This document shows, in pieces, positions 43,230 to 55,914 of a stretch of 64,000 nt of DNA. The position numbers and the translations under genes are program-made. Below the pieces are notes generated by a model. That model saw only the letters and a program-made list of their open reading frames with translations. It did no database searches and was not told where the DNA came from. Source of the DNA: Haliotis rufescens (taxonomy: Eukaryota); contig NW_025963779.1 of assembly GCF_023055435.1 (NCBI RefSeq), positions 35,712,001-35,776,000 on the forward strand, read 5' to 3'. How positions within the stretch are numbered: the stretch's first letter is position 1; each line of letters opens with the position of its first letter.

Positions 43230-43440
43230 CAATACACGGCAGTGTGGAGAACAGTCGAGTATTCTCTGTTATAGCTTCGAATGGACGCTTCATTTCGACA
43301 TTTATGATCTGTCTGGCCTCAAAGCCCGCATCATTCATAGCCTGAATCGATGTCGTCAGTTGTCCCTAATGATTTTTAATGTTATTTTTAGACATTGAGG
43401 AATTTCCCTAAAGTAGTTCTGTAGGACTCCGCTCGATTGA
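43230..43440 (-). mobile_element. Crypton/KCTD1-like tyrosine recombinase fragment
   Basis: Across frameshifts it reads NH..TTSIQAMNDAGFEARQI...RNEASIRSYNRE, resembling the C-terminal catalytic region of Crypton-type tyrosine recombinases. Confidence 0.5.
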
Positions 43441-43989
43441 CAACGTAATCACGTGACATACTGACGTTCATCGGGAAATGAACGACAGTCAGCTTGGTAG
43501 TGTTCACCTGGGCGAGGTCACCCGCTACTGTCAAAATTTGGTTGTGTACATGTACATGTACATTTTCATGCATCTATGCTAAACATTTCAACAAAATCCG
43601 AACTAATCTTTATGTCTTCTTTGAGTGGCATTTAGAAGTTGGAATGGTAACTAAGACAAAATTGAAACGTCGCCCAATTGTAATAAGGAAGTTTCTCATC
43701 CATAACAATTTTGTCTTAGTAATCTTTATGTGTTACTGTGCGGACAAGATGAGGAGAGAATGGGGAGACGGAGGAGAACGCTGCTTTAAACAACAGATGC
43801 ATCTATTAAATAAGTTTCATTATTTCTTCACAAAACAATGTTGTTTAATATGGTATGCAGTACATGAAGTTAATTGGTATCAAACAACTAGTATTGGACT
43901 AGACATGAACTCATGCAACCAATGGTTATGCAGAATGTCTAACGGCCTTGAATAGCTAGGTATGTGAAAGGTTACATCACGTATGTCAC

Positions 43990-44458
43990 AAAATGTATTT
44001 CGTATTGGACAAAGCTTTTTTAATGATTGATAACATACTTCCTAAGCAAAGTTATATAATCTTATATGGACTTGACAGTATATCTAGGATCACTCACGCA
44101 AAGGATATTTTATTTGAATATGAATTCGGTTACACATGGGTAATGCAAGATGTTGGAGATAAAGGCGTATTCTTATCGAATTCGAACAACGCATAATGGA
44201 TGTCGATATGCAACAGTGGGAAACATATGTCACCAGTAACCCGAGGTTATCATCTTACTCTACATACAGGTCTCTTTTGAATACCGAAGCTTACTTAACC
44301 TCAATTGATTTGTAAATATATAAACAGGCATCAGCCCGATTTAGATGCGGTTGTCATAATTTGATAGAATTAGGAAGGAGAGCTGATATTGGTCAAGAAT
44401 GTTGACTGCGCATTTGATTATGATTATGTTGAAAATGAATTTCATTTTCTGCTTGTTA
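43990..44458 (+). mobile_element. LINE (CR1/L2-group) ORF2 C-terminal relic
   Basis: KDILFEYEFGYTW..QDVG, RFRCGCHNL, ENEFHFLLV motifs with stops and frameshifts. Confidence 0.7.
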
Positions 44459-44459
44459 A

Positions 44460-45112
44460 AGGGGAAGTGTACACGCAAAAATCACTTTCTTTCTTTTTCT
44501 AAACAAAACGCAATTTTAGAATTAGTTAGTATCTGTGTTTGAAAATATACGCTCATTTTTTTTCACAGTGAAAGTAGGAAGCTCACAATAGTGTTAAAAT
44601 GATATGTCGTTATGAGGCCTTCGTTTTACGAGCGAAATAGGCCTGAGTTATCCCCCTTAGATTATGACGTAATTGGTGCCAATTCAACTGGGTCCCTGTC
44701 TATTCTCAACGCAAAAGATATCAAGGACCAGTTTGCGGTAAAACAACATGGTCTACGACACACTCCGGCGCAGTGGTGACTCAGCATAACACAATTCTGG
44801 CTGGCATCTGAGACGCTAGAATGACAAAACTGTACCTACACCACGTGAAGCGGCTCTAACAAAGCATGATGAAGTCATAATGTTTATCAATTGGCACCAA
44901 TGACGTCATATTGCAAGGGGCATAAGCCATGGTGTTTTTGTTATGGAAATAGAACATTTGGTAAATGTGAAAAATATAAATCGTTTTAATGCAAAAAATA
45001 TGTTAATTCAATATGATGTTTTTATATTTTTGTCTATGACACTTCTATGTTAACACTTTTAATGTGGAAAAAGTACAAGAAAAATTGGTTCATTTCCGTG
45101 TGAACTTGCCCT
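44460..45112. mobile_element. TTAA-flanked non-autonomous DNA transposon (Kolobok-like)
   Basis: TTAA|aggggaagtgtacacg ... cgtgtgaacttgccct|TTAA, with an internal inverted pair near 44650-44685 / 44889-44925. Inserted into the LINE relic. Confidence 0.7.
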
Positions 45113-46029
45113 TTAACGATACATACATCCTCGGTTTTATAGTAACCCATTGTTACAATTATGTGTTGGCTTTATGAATTCTAAATTCTCTCATACAATA
45201 CTAATGTTAGCTAAACTTGTATTCCATGCGTTTAAATAATATTATAATAACACACTGTCGTGTTGTGGACACCATGTATATACATGTATATAATGCAGGG
45301 TCATGTCCTTTGGACCTGTGGCCTTTGACTTATTATTACTTGAAAGGTAAAACTGCTTCCTTTGGGGTGACAGGTTTTAGGAATAACAAAATAAACACAA
45401 ACTCTATCCTAGTAGCCAAAGCAAAGGAAATCAGCATTTGCAAGATTCAAAATTCATCACGGGCAATACACACACTACCTTGATGTTTTGGAAACTCGGA
45501 CGAATAGTTTAAATAACTCAGTTTAGATTTAATTTATCTTTTATCAAAACGACTGCAGTAGACGTTTAAGTGACAACTCAGCTTAGCATAATGTTCTCGT
45601 AAGTAGAAGGTGTAATTACACCCCCCTCAAAGCCAAGTTGGATTCAAGTATTGGATACTCCATTGAGACATCTTAGCTGTCATTATGACGTCGTATAATT
45701 CCTACGTAATAACGTCATCCTATGTAAGTGTGGAATGTCACGTCACAGCGCGCTCGACTTCATGATAAGTTCGACTTGGCGCAAAGTTTTCAAGAATTAT
45801 GAATTTAAGGTTTTGGCTTTATTTTGCCCTTATGTATGTTTTAATCTGTTGTCACATGAAAAACAATATCCCGACGTTAACTTGATACGGATAATCTGAT
45901 CTGCTTTAGTGTTATTATTGTTTCAAATCTCGTTCGTGTTCATATCAAATTCCGCTACGGAAAAGCTGCAGAGAAAATATGTAGTCAATCGTAGATTCGA
46001 ACCTCTTATTAGCCAATCAGAATCGAGTA

Positions 46030-46685
46030 TCAGACAGACAGACAGACAAACAGACATGTTTATTCAGTAAAAGGCCAATGGCCTAAAATACAGACATGTG
46101 AGCATGACATTTACAGGGCACAGAATTTATCATTAATTATTTTGTGAGCATAGTATAAGAATTTACAAACTAGAAATAATGTTTGCTCATTATAATTACT
46201 AAGAATATTTATTACATGAGAATTACTGCAATGAGTAGGCATAGGAAGATTAAACAAGGTATTTTTGTCTTAGGGCAGAATATAAATTACAATTAAAGAG
46301 TACATGAAATTCATCCTCAATGACATTAACTCCCTTACAACTACAATAGTTACAAAATCTGAGTGAATGGTCTGTTTTACTATATCTGCCAGTTTCTAAA
46401 GCTATTTTAAAATTTGAACATCTGAATTTAGTAAAAACAATTCTTAAATGGGTAGGGAGTGGACATGACAAGAACCTTTCAACATTTAACATGGATTTAA
46501 AATGCTTATAAAGATGACATTTTGGAGAAGAGTTTACAGAAGCACTCAAGAATTGCTGTAAATTATCTTTGAGCCTTTGCGTAAAATGGAGAATAAAAGC
46601 TTTAGAGTCACCCACCTCTTGATTGAGCCATACAAAACCAAACCCAAATTGGAATAAAATATTTCTAACTTTGGTCGCCCAAGTG
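46030..46685 (-). mobile_element. LINE (CR1/L2-group) 3' end with AATAAA and (TGTC)n tail
   Basis: WATKVRNILFQFGFGFVW, FRCSNFKIALETGR, CNYC..IEDEFHVLFNC, then aataaa and a tgtc repeat. Confidence 0.75.
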
Positions 46686-48330
46686 CGGGTGCTTTTGTCT
46701 TGCCATATCTTTTTCACAAAAGGGTTTGACGTCACCAGAATGATCATATTGCCTGCTCTCTTCTCAGTTTCAATGGGAGTTCTCCTGTTTCTACTTGCAG
46801 TGCTTCTAGTGAAGTGTCTGTTGCTACGCCTGTGGCCAGCATTAGGGCTTTGTATTGTATTTCTTGACAGCATTTGCAGCTGGGTGTAAGGCCTCACAGT
46901 CCATTTTTGATCTGATAAGTGATTTGTAGAGGTCCAGCTGAGTGTCCCTCGATGTGCCCCTAGATGTGCCTGAAATTGCCCGTAATACGTTCAGGTCTTT
47001 TTGATATCTGTGTTCCGCCATGTTTACGCCAAATGAGGTGTTGATCAAGGATAACCCCTAGAAATATTACGGATTTTTTTAATTTGATTGGTTTGCCTTT
47101 TAAGGAGACACGGGGTATCCACCTGCGTTTGAAAGGAACTCAAACAGTTTGTTCACTCAAAAGGGCGAACGCCCATTTATTGCACCATTGGTTTACTCCG
47201 TACAGGGCTGACTGGAGTTTTTTTTCGGATTTGTGAAATATCTCTGTGCTTTACCCATATTGCTCCGTCATCAGCGAATTTAGAAGTTTGGGCAGGAGAG
47301 TTGACATGATAAAAAGATAATTGATCATGAGTGAGTGAGTGAGTTGGGTTTAACACTGCTTTTAACAGTATTCCAGTCATATCGCGGCGTGTCAGCTTAA
47401 TGTGGGAGGAAAGCCCGAAGTGATTCAGGTTTCAGACGTTTACCACTTCGGTGAAACCCACGAGCACGGGTATGGTGCTGACAAACCTAGAAACATAATC
47501 GGGGCGAACCGGGATTCGAACCAACAATCATAGGTTTCTGGCATGCCCAACGGACGCAACTCAAACTTGCGCAAACTTGGGTGGCTGGATGCATGATGTT
47601 TTTGTATGTCCATAGAGCGTACAATTTGTGCATTGGGTTGACCTTTTCCTGTATGGCATAGTTTTCATATCCTTACCATCTAGATTAAGGTGGCCGGGGA
47701 CTGACTGGCCTTATAATGTGAGTATTACTATTCGTGTGTTGGTTGTGCCCATTGATTTGATCCTGAACGCCGACAGGATTGGTCCAGATGCACAGCGCAT
47801 CTGACATTACTAAGCCTTTTTGGGGTATCCCAATTTAGTTTGATTCCATTTATGCTTTTGGTCATGTCAACTGACTCTGTAAGGTTGTCCCCCGACAGCA
47901 ACATACCTTCTTCCACACTTATTTATTCTAATAATATTTTTTGTGCATCAGCTCTTTGGCAATATCTTGAGCTCTTAGGATCTTATTAAGATCTTGGACG
48001 AAGTCTGCGCTAAAGACTACTTTTTCCCATTTGGTTTGTTGTCTTCTATTTTGTTGTGTCTTTGATTCTGATGAGACCACTCTTTGTCTTTTCTTTACGA
48101 TTTTAGCCTTGGGTGGGCTAGATTGAGGCTGTTTTCGTTTAAGCATGTCTTGAGCCTATAGGGCACTATAATCGATATTTTCTTTGTTTTTAGTTCCCGA
48201 GAACGTGAATCTGTCCTGAAAACGGTCAGGGACATTTAGCACGGCTTGACTATAAGTCATGTAGGCTGTTTTGGTAGTTTTTCTGGTGACCAGAGTGAAG
48301 GGATTCCCTTCAACTGGGTTGGGCTGACCC
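46686..48330 (-). mobile_element. I/Nimb-like LINE fragments (RT and possible ORF1 remnants)
   Basis: FADDGAIW, LNVLRAISGTS.G..RDTQLDLYKSLIRSKMD, SLEALQVETGELPL. Interrupted by a SINE at 47329-47560. Confidence 0.6.
47329..47560 (-). mobile_element. SINE family C, 5'-truncated
   Basis: Consensus match, inserted in the LINE relic. Confidence 0.85.
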
Positions 48331-49780
48331 TTTTGAGAACTGGGCTGGTTCTCTTGAGAGTTGGGCGGACCTCTTCCGGTCAGTTAAAACAAATTCCCTA
48401 AATACTTGGTAAGTTTTGATTTACAAACAACAACTACAACGTTGTACAGATTATTATAAAATTCACCTGGTAAGTAAATATATCTGATTTTATTTACTCA
48501 CAGTTAATAATGCGCAGTTACCGGGATTGTATTGTAATTGGCGAGTCGCTGCATTAAAAGCAATAGGTAACTTCAATAATAATTTGATATATATATATAT
48601 ATACCCATAATATATTTTGAATTTACAAGACGATTAGTCTTCGTGTATAAAGAGATATAAATGTATCAACCATCTAGTACCCAAAAAAACAATGACCGCG
48701 CCGACTTCGTACACAGAGAAATAATTTCTAAACACAAAGCAAACTTCATTTCTAAGGTAATTTGACGATTAAAAATCACCTAAAAACTTATAAACATATC
48801 ACATTAGGTAAAGTAATTATTTTCATATGTTTTAAACAATATAGATTTCCATTGATTTTGTTACATATGATCGTGCATGCATATCAACATTTTACATGAA
48901 GAAATAAGATTGCCAAACAGGTCATAGTGCAAATATAATTATCTTTCTAAAAACTATTTCACACATTACAATCAAACATCAGGTGCAGTATTATTTGAAA
49001 TACAAAGTTAGTAAATCAAACAGAATAATGAATACAAATAGTTTCTAAGTTAAGCAAATATTGCAGTAAAGCGTCAATATCACATCATACCCAGCCATTA
49101 TGTCAGAAAATAAAGTTGCTGATGTGTAACAGTATTTAAAAAGTCTTAACGAAATGACTTGATAATGTCCTTCAAATTTATCACATAAAATCGTACCATG
49201 CAAACAATCTGATAATTTCACAATATGTAAAACAATGGGGTGCAATCATCGAAAATACTGTGCTGTATCACCGAAAATATATTATTTGTGTACGACATTC
49301 ACAGACTGTTGCACAATTAGTGTCAAAACATTTGTATCCTTCATTTGAGCCTGGGGAGTTATCTGAGCCTACGACGGGGGAGTCGTTTGGGCCAAAGGGG
49401 AGTCATCTGAGCCTAGGCTCAAATAACTCTGGAGTCGTCTGAGCCTGGGGAGTCATTTGAGCCTCCAACACCGGCTTGAAAAATAACCAAATGATCGTTG
49501 TCATGTGAAATGTCACTGCAATGTATTGACCAAATTTCTCTCCGAAGGTTCTTCGAATACAGGAATCTGCCTTGGCGGTGCGACTCAGTACCGATTAATT
49601 ATTATAATGATTGATGTAATGAAAACTACAAATTCGACATCTCAGCATATATATTGCATGAATAAATTTGAAACTAGGAGTCTAGCTTTACCGCGCAAAA
49701 CAAACGGTACTTGTGGGTACTTTTCACCTTTGGGGCTTCAACGGGTACTCTCCCCGTCATTGACGGAGCTTGCCTATATA

Positions 49781-52470
49781 TATCGTCAAGTCACACAAGT
49801 TCGATCGACATGTAACTTCGATCGGCCATTTTGAATGATATTTCTCGCGAAATGTAACGAGAAATTACGGTACCTGCAGCTTTGATCTTCTGACAACACC
49901 GCTTTCGTTCGCTTGGACCGGAAAATGCTTCGTGTCAAGTTACCAAACGTAAGTAATAGCTCATATTCAGCAAACAACTACTTTTTAACCCGAGATCACT
50001 AATGTAACTTGATCAGCTCAAATAAAATGTCAATTGTAATAAATGCACACGTTGTAAATCGACGGCACACCTGTCGTCTGCTTGTTTACGTTCATGGTGT
50101 AAATGTCACGTGATGAGACACGTGATGTGCTCGCCAAAATTTAAAACTATGGAAACAAATTAGGGTCATTTCTTATTGAAATTGTTATGCTTTTTGAGAA
50201 CTTCTGTCTCTGGAGTTTTGGTGTTATATAAAATAAACCTTTATTTTTACAGGTTTTGACCAATGGTGAACCAACCAGAAGAGGTCAATATAGGCAATAT
50301 TTGTCTGCAGCCCTAGACAAGGCATATAATGCTGTTTTAGATGGAATGGCAATTAGGAAAGCTGCCACTACCTTTGCTGTTCCATTTGCTACACTGCATG
50401 ACAGGATGAGTGGGAAGGTTTCTATTGAATGTAGTACCACTGGTAGAGAACCACTATTGTCCATGGAAGAAGAACAGGGACTTGTTTCACATATTGAAGC
50501 CATGGCAAATTTTGGGTATGGCTATACAAGGGCTGAAGTTACTACTATTGCCACAGACCTAGCAATATATGTTGGAAAGAAGTCAAAGGATGAACAACCC
50601 CTATCACTTCAGTGGTTCTATGGGTTTATGAAGCGATGGCCTGATCTGTCAGTGAAGAAGCCACGATCCCTTGAGATACAGAGAGCAAAAGCTACCTCGG
50701 AGGAGACGATCACTCATTATTTTAATGAGCTTGGGCACATCATGGATAAGTACAACCTGAAGACATGCCCTCATCGCATTTATAATGTTGACGAAAAGGG
50801 ACTTATGGAGCATCATACCCCACCATCAGTTGTTACATCGAGTCAGAGTACTCCAGCTGCAGTCACAACATCAAGATCAAGTACTACAACGGTTATAGGT
50901 TGCGGCAATGCGTCTGGTAGTTCTATACCACCGTATTTTGTTTTCAAGGGCAAGAGGATGCGGGAAGAACTCCTTTCAGGAAGTACCCCTGGAGCAGCAG
51001 GCACTGTAAGCGACTCTGGCTGGTCAAATACGGAGATTTTTCAGCACTATCTGACAGAGCATTTCCTGAAGCATGCTGTCGCCGCGTCTGCAGATAGTCC
51101 ACTTCTTATTGTGTATGATGGTCATAGATCCCACGTATCTATTCCACTCATCGAATGGGCACGTCAACATCACATTATTTTGTTTGTACTGCCTGCACAC
51201 ACGTCCCATGTTTTACAGCCAATGGATGTTGGTTGCTTTGGACCTTTTGCTAAAATTTACAACAACCTCCGTCATACGTATATGCGGGAAAATGCCACAA
51301 GTTCAGTTGATAAACATTCTGTTTGTGAACTTGGCTGTAGAGCTTATAACCTGTCGCTGACACCAACAAATCTGCAATCCTCTTTCAGGAAATGTGGAGT
51401 CTATCCATTTGACAAGTCTTCCACCGCCAATATCAACTTTGCGCCATCAACAGTTTTTAAGTCGACTGAACCTTTGCTGCATCCTGATACTGGTTTTATT
51501 GATTCATGTGTGCCAGTTGGAGACAAGGTTGTCACTTCACCTACTGAGGGCAATGATGTAGCAGGATTCTTTAAAGACAAGACGACTGTACTTTTCAAGA
51601 AAGCTGTGCCTACTAAAAAGAGAAACGTTCTGAGCGCTGTTGTCGGGGGCAAGGCCATCACCGAAGACGTCATTCTGAATAAAATTATTTCCCACCAGAC
51701 TGTGAAATCGGCACCCAAAAAAAGAAAGCAAGCACCTAAACCAAGTAAATCTTTAAAAAAAAAAAATACTGTCACTGCAACGAATGCAAGTACTGGAACT
51801 TCACGGTCCAACGCGCATCAGGACGATAGTTTTGATAGTGATGTGACAAGTGATGACGAACAGTGCTGCAAATGTAGCAAATTTGTACCTGATGAGGTTC
51901 GAGCTAATGTCTCCCTGATCATAACAACCTGGGCACAATGTACCCACCCTACATGTCAGCACTGGACACATTTACGTTTCTGCACGCCAGTTCGTGTTGT
52001 GCGTCGACATTCTGAGTTTTGGTGCCCCTGTCACGATGAGCCTGAAGAATAACTCCCTGCATCAACCTTGTAAATAATCTGGATATTTGTGACTTTTCAT
52101 CGTTTTTTTTTCAATATTAAAACATAAAATGAACGTTTGATGGACAAAGATGTAATAAAACAACTGCGGACTGTTCTAATTCGAATTTTGACACAAGAGA
52201 TCGTCCATACATGTCATCTCGGTTATGCGACAAGCCAACCAATCAAATGATCGAACTTGTGTGACGTAGCTTTCTGGGTCATTTCTGTTGACAGTGAGAG
52301 GGCGGCCATGCCGCGAGTGTAAATTTCAATGGAAATACGTGGATTTGGGAAATGTTTGTCATAAATAAACAAGTTCACAGGTAAGATATTTGAAAAAAAG
52401 ATTATATGAATGTTACTATGAATATTCAGCGAGTTTTCGTAAGTGATCGAACTTCCATGACACGAGGATA
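49781..52470 (+). mobile_element. Full-length pogo-like DNA transposon (~2.7 kb)
   Basis: Imperfect inverted ends tatcgtcaagtcacacaagttcgatc (49781-49806) and gatcgaacttccatgacacgaggata (52445-52470), 20/26 identity, TA at both ends. An extra internal copy gatcgaacttgtgtgac lies near 52250. Confidence 0.75.
49925..52052 (+). CDS. Pogo-family (DD35D) transposase, spliced: exons 49925-49948 and 50253-52052 (~607 aa)
   Basis: Psq-type HTH (IRKAATTFAVPFATLHDR), CENP-B-type HTH, catalytic YNVDEKG / VYDGHRSH / QPMD with 35 aa between D2 and D3, and a C-terminal Cys/His PHD-like finger. ATG-MLRVKLPN|GTAAGT donor and tttttacAG|GTT acceptor are in frame. Confidence 0.88.
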
Positions 52471-53992
52471 CTGAGTCAAATTAAAAACTTCACATTTTTA
52501 AAAGTAATCCCATATATGATATACAACGGGCAAATGTATCAGAGAAGGTATTTTTTAATCATTAATGTCCAAAGAAGGATTTTAATTAACGGTGGTAACC
52601 ATAATTTGTTCCAAGCACCTACGGTATTCGGCAATAACATCAACAGTTTAAATCATAAGTCCCAAGAACGAGAATCTGATGGTACACAAGTTCAGTGGCG
52701 TGTATGGCCACAATGTGCGTTGACAACTGCCACACAACGCCTCCGCATGGACATTGTGATGCTTGTGAACACATGATTGGGAAGACGACGCCATTGTTGC
52801 TGCAAAATGGTGCCAAGATCTTGTAAATTCTGTGGTTGGTTCTGGAGAGTGCACAGACTTCTGCCAAGAGCATCCCAGACGTGTTCGATGGGATTAAGGT
52901 CGGGAGACCTTGACGGCCAGTCCATGACGTTGACTCCTGCATTCTGAAGGAAATTCCTTGTCAAAATTGCTGTGTGGGGGGTCTGGCATTGTCGTGTTGG
53001 AAGATCAAACCGGGTCCATGTGCTGCCATAAAAGGCAGAAGTTCTGGTGCCAATACCTGGTCGCGGTAAGCAGCAGCGTTGAGTTTGCCACGGATGACAA
53101 GAAGCCTGGAACGTGCATTGCCACAGAAAGCACCCCACACCATGACACTTCCGCCTCGAAATCTGTCAACTTCCTGTACTAAGCACTTGGCGTAACGTTG
53201 ATGACGGCGCCTCCACACCCTCGCCCCACCATCAGCAAATCGAAGATTAAATCGTGATTCATCACTGAAGACGACTTGATTCCAATTCCTCTGAGTCCAT
53301 CGTAAGTGTCGCTATGCCCACAATTGACGTTGACGTCTGTGTAATTGAGTCAGAATCGGCCCGCAGTATGGCCGTTGTGCTTGAAGGTGAGCAGTTCTCA
53401 GACGGTTTCGAACAGTTTGCGCATTCAGTCTACCCCTAAACAGTTCATTTCTGGTTGATGTAGCCGTCAAAAATCGGTTACGGAGGTGACGCAAGACAAT
53501 TTGACGATCCTCTGCATGTGACGTCACACGTGGTCGACCTGGCCGAGGGCGATCAGCGGTGGTACCCGTTTGCTGTAGATGCGTCTGTAAATCATATACA
53601 GTCCGTCGACTACAACCCATCGTCCTTGCGCCTTCAGCTACGGACGTTCACGTCTGCAACATGCCGATGGCACGTTCACGTTGCACATTTGAAAGGCGTG
53701 GCATGACAAATGACCGTAAAGACTTTTGTTTTTCTTTTTTTGTTAATGACTGCTAACAAGTATGACTGAAAACACGTGCGGTATTATGGCCACGTGACCA
53801 GTTGCACGTGAAAAACCACTTTTACCACTATAGTGCTGTGCACATGATTTTGATCGATTCACCTGCACAAAAACGGGTGTTATATGAAGACAATACGTGG
53901 CCATTACTGTTTAAATACACAATAAGGGCCCACAATGATAACTGGTCAAAATCTTAAAATTTTAGGATTGTGAAGATTTTATTTTGGTTCAG
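52471..53992 (-). mobile_element. Tc1-like (DD34E) transposon with TIRs
   Basis: TIRs ctgagtcaaattaaaaacttcaca / tgtgaagattttattttggttcag, flanked by TA, enclosing the transposase pseudogene. Confidence 0.85.
52692..53704 (-). pseudogene. Tc1 transposase pseudogene
   Basis: MPRLS..AIGML, GRPRVT, VFSDESRF, GGSVMVWG, FQHDNARP, WPSRSPDLNPIEHVW. Two in-frame stops and one frameshift near 52980. Confidence 0.9.
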
Positions 53993-53994
53993 TA

Positions 53995-54400
53995 TATAAC
54001 CATGAGCAGGTGTCAGTGCTTGGGAGAGATGATTGTTATGGTACGCTTCCTGGTGCATCTGTCCTTGTTGAGGGATAAACATAAGTTGTGGTTGCTGAGG
54101 TTGCTGAGCGACCATTTCTGGAGAGTAGACAACGTTGAGTGACTCACGAATAATATTGCTGGTAGCCACACTCGTCGGAGAGTCTTGAGCAGAGGTGTCA
54201 AATAAATTCGAGTCAGAGGTAGAGATTACAACTTTTGACCTCTTCTTTCTCTTCTTGCGACGTTTATCTGGGTTAGCGGGTGTGTGTTGATCGGGCATTC
54301 TTATGGGTTTTCATTTCTTACGTAGAATACTTCCTGGATGTATTATTTTCGGGGAAATTAATAAATTTCGAAGGAGACGAAACAAGTACGTCTGCACGAC
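53995..54400 (-). mobile_element. Possible 5' end (ORF1 start) of a LINE, truncated at the Tc1 element
   Basis: Basic, low-complexity ORF (KRRKKRKKRSK..., Q/P-rich) running into the Tc1 TIR. No diagnostic domain. Confidence 0.3.
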
Positions 54401-54640
54401 GCAGATCACATCAGTCTCAGTAACCATATCATTTTGCTGCTCCCTGTAAACGATTCTGATATTGAGGGTTTCGTGCTGTTCCGAGTAGTTTCCTTATGGA
54501 CCCCCCTGAAAGGTATGTAGTTTCCCACTGACGAGGACTCAAATATCAAGCAAGCATCATAAACATTACTTGTTTGAGGTTGGTATTATAAGTGATGCAT
54601 TAAATTATGCCACATATAAGAAATCCCCCAAAGCAATCTC

Positions 54641-54956
54641 AGCGCTAAGGTGACCGTAACTCCCATACTTTAACATAGACTTACGACAGTCACAGCGCTA
54701 AGGTGACCGTAACTCCCATACTTTAACATAGACTTACGACAGTCACAGCGCTAAAGTTACCGTCACTCCCATACTTTAACATAGACTTACGATTGCCACA
54801 GCGCTATGGTGACCGTAACTCCCATACTTTAACATAGACTTACGATTGTCACAGCGCTAAGGTGACCGTAACACCCATACTTTAACATACACTTACGACT
54901 GTCACAGCGCTAAGGTGACCGTAACCCCCATACTTTAACACAGACTTACGACTGTC
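54641..54956. repeat. 53-bp minisatellite, 6 copies, inside MITE-like ends
   Basis: Unit agcgctaaggtgaccgtaactcccatactttaacatagacttacgacagtcac. Confidence 0.92.
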
Positions 54957-55553
54957 GAATCGATACGATCGCTTTGCGGTACGGTGCCCTGTATTTTGAC
55001 TGTAATAATGTTGAACATGGATGTAGCATCTTCCCGAGGCAAGTGAGTTAACTGACTGTACCACAAAGATCAAAGCAATAAGTCCCAAGCTCTGGGCAGA
55101 TAGGTTCCCTGGTCACGGTTCATGGCTGGCTGGTGTCGCCTGATGTCAATGGCTTGTTGTAGTTTTCTTAGTGATGAACAAATAGTTTTAGCTTCCTCAG
55201 TAAAAGCACATGGAGAGAGAAAGACTTTTTTAGAATATTAGAACTTTATTTATGTTCTTTTTCCATTCCTTATTGTAACTGATCATGAGAATTACTTTAA
55301 TATCGCTTTGTGCAAGTGGGCCCAGACTATCTATAGGTCGCCTTGACATAGCTGGAATTGCCGACTGTGGCTTAAAACAACTTTCACCAATTTTCTTATT
55401 ATCCATAACACTTAATAGGATCAGTAGCATCTGTAACTATATCAATGGCAATTAAACACGAACCTCACCATATAGGTATTTTAGGCTGTAATAACCTACG
55501 TAGCTGAAATATCAGAACCGATGTAAAACATAACGTGTATCTACTTAATATGT

Positions 55554-55744
55554 TAAGTAAGGATAAGAATTAATGGAATTTACTTCTTTATTACAATTAA
55601 GAGCGACGTTTCGGTGTAGGTTCACTTGCTTGATTACGGCGTTACAACCTACACCGAAACGTCGCTCTTAATTGTAATAAAGAAGTTGTTTATCCATAAA
55701 TTCTTATCCTTACTTAGTACTCCGACTTCTAAATGCCTAGAAGT
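55554..55744. repeat. Inverted repeat, Penelope pseudo-LTR-like insertion
   Basis: Perfect 41-bp arms at 55582-55622 / 55646-55686 containing ccgaaacgtcg..aataaa; 14-bp direct repeat tacttaatatgtta on both flanks. Confidence 0.7.
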
Positions 55745-55914
55745 TACTTAATATGTTACTGTTCATCAATGTCTTATGGAATGTTGTTAATATTCATTTG
55801 AAAATGTTAAAACATGAGTCCCCTCTATGTACATCTTCAATGGCTGACAACGCTGCAGCAGCAGCAGCAGCGTATGAAGATGAGGAGAGGATGCACCTGC
55901 CACAGGCTCCGTAT

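Noticed and set aside
55058-55125. Hydrophobic stretch LGLIALIFVV as a signal-peptide exon for paralog A
   Set aside because: No in-frame ATG or donor, it runs into a MITE TIR, and the real exon 1 is at 40172.
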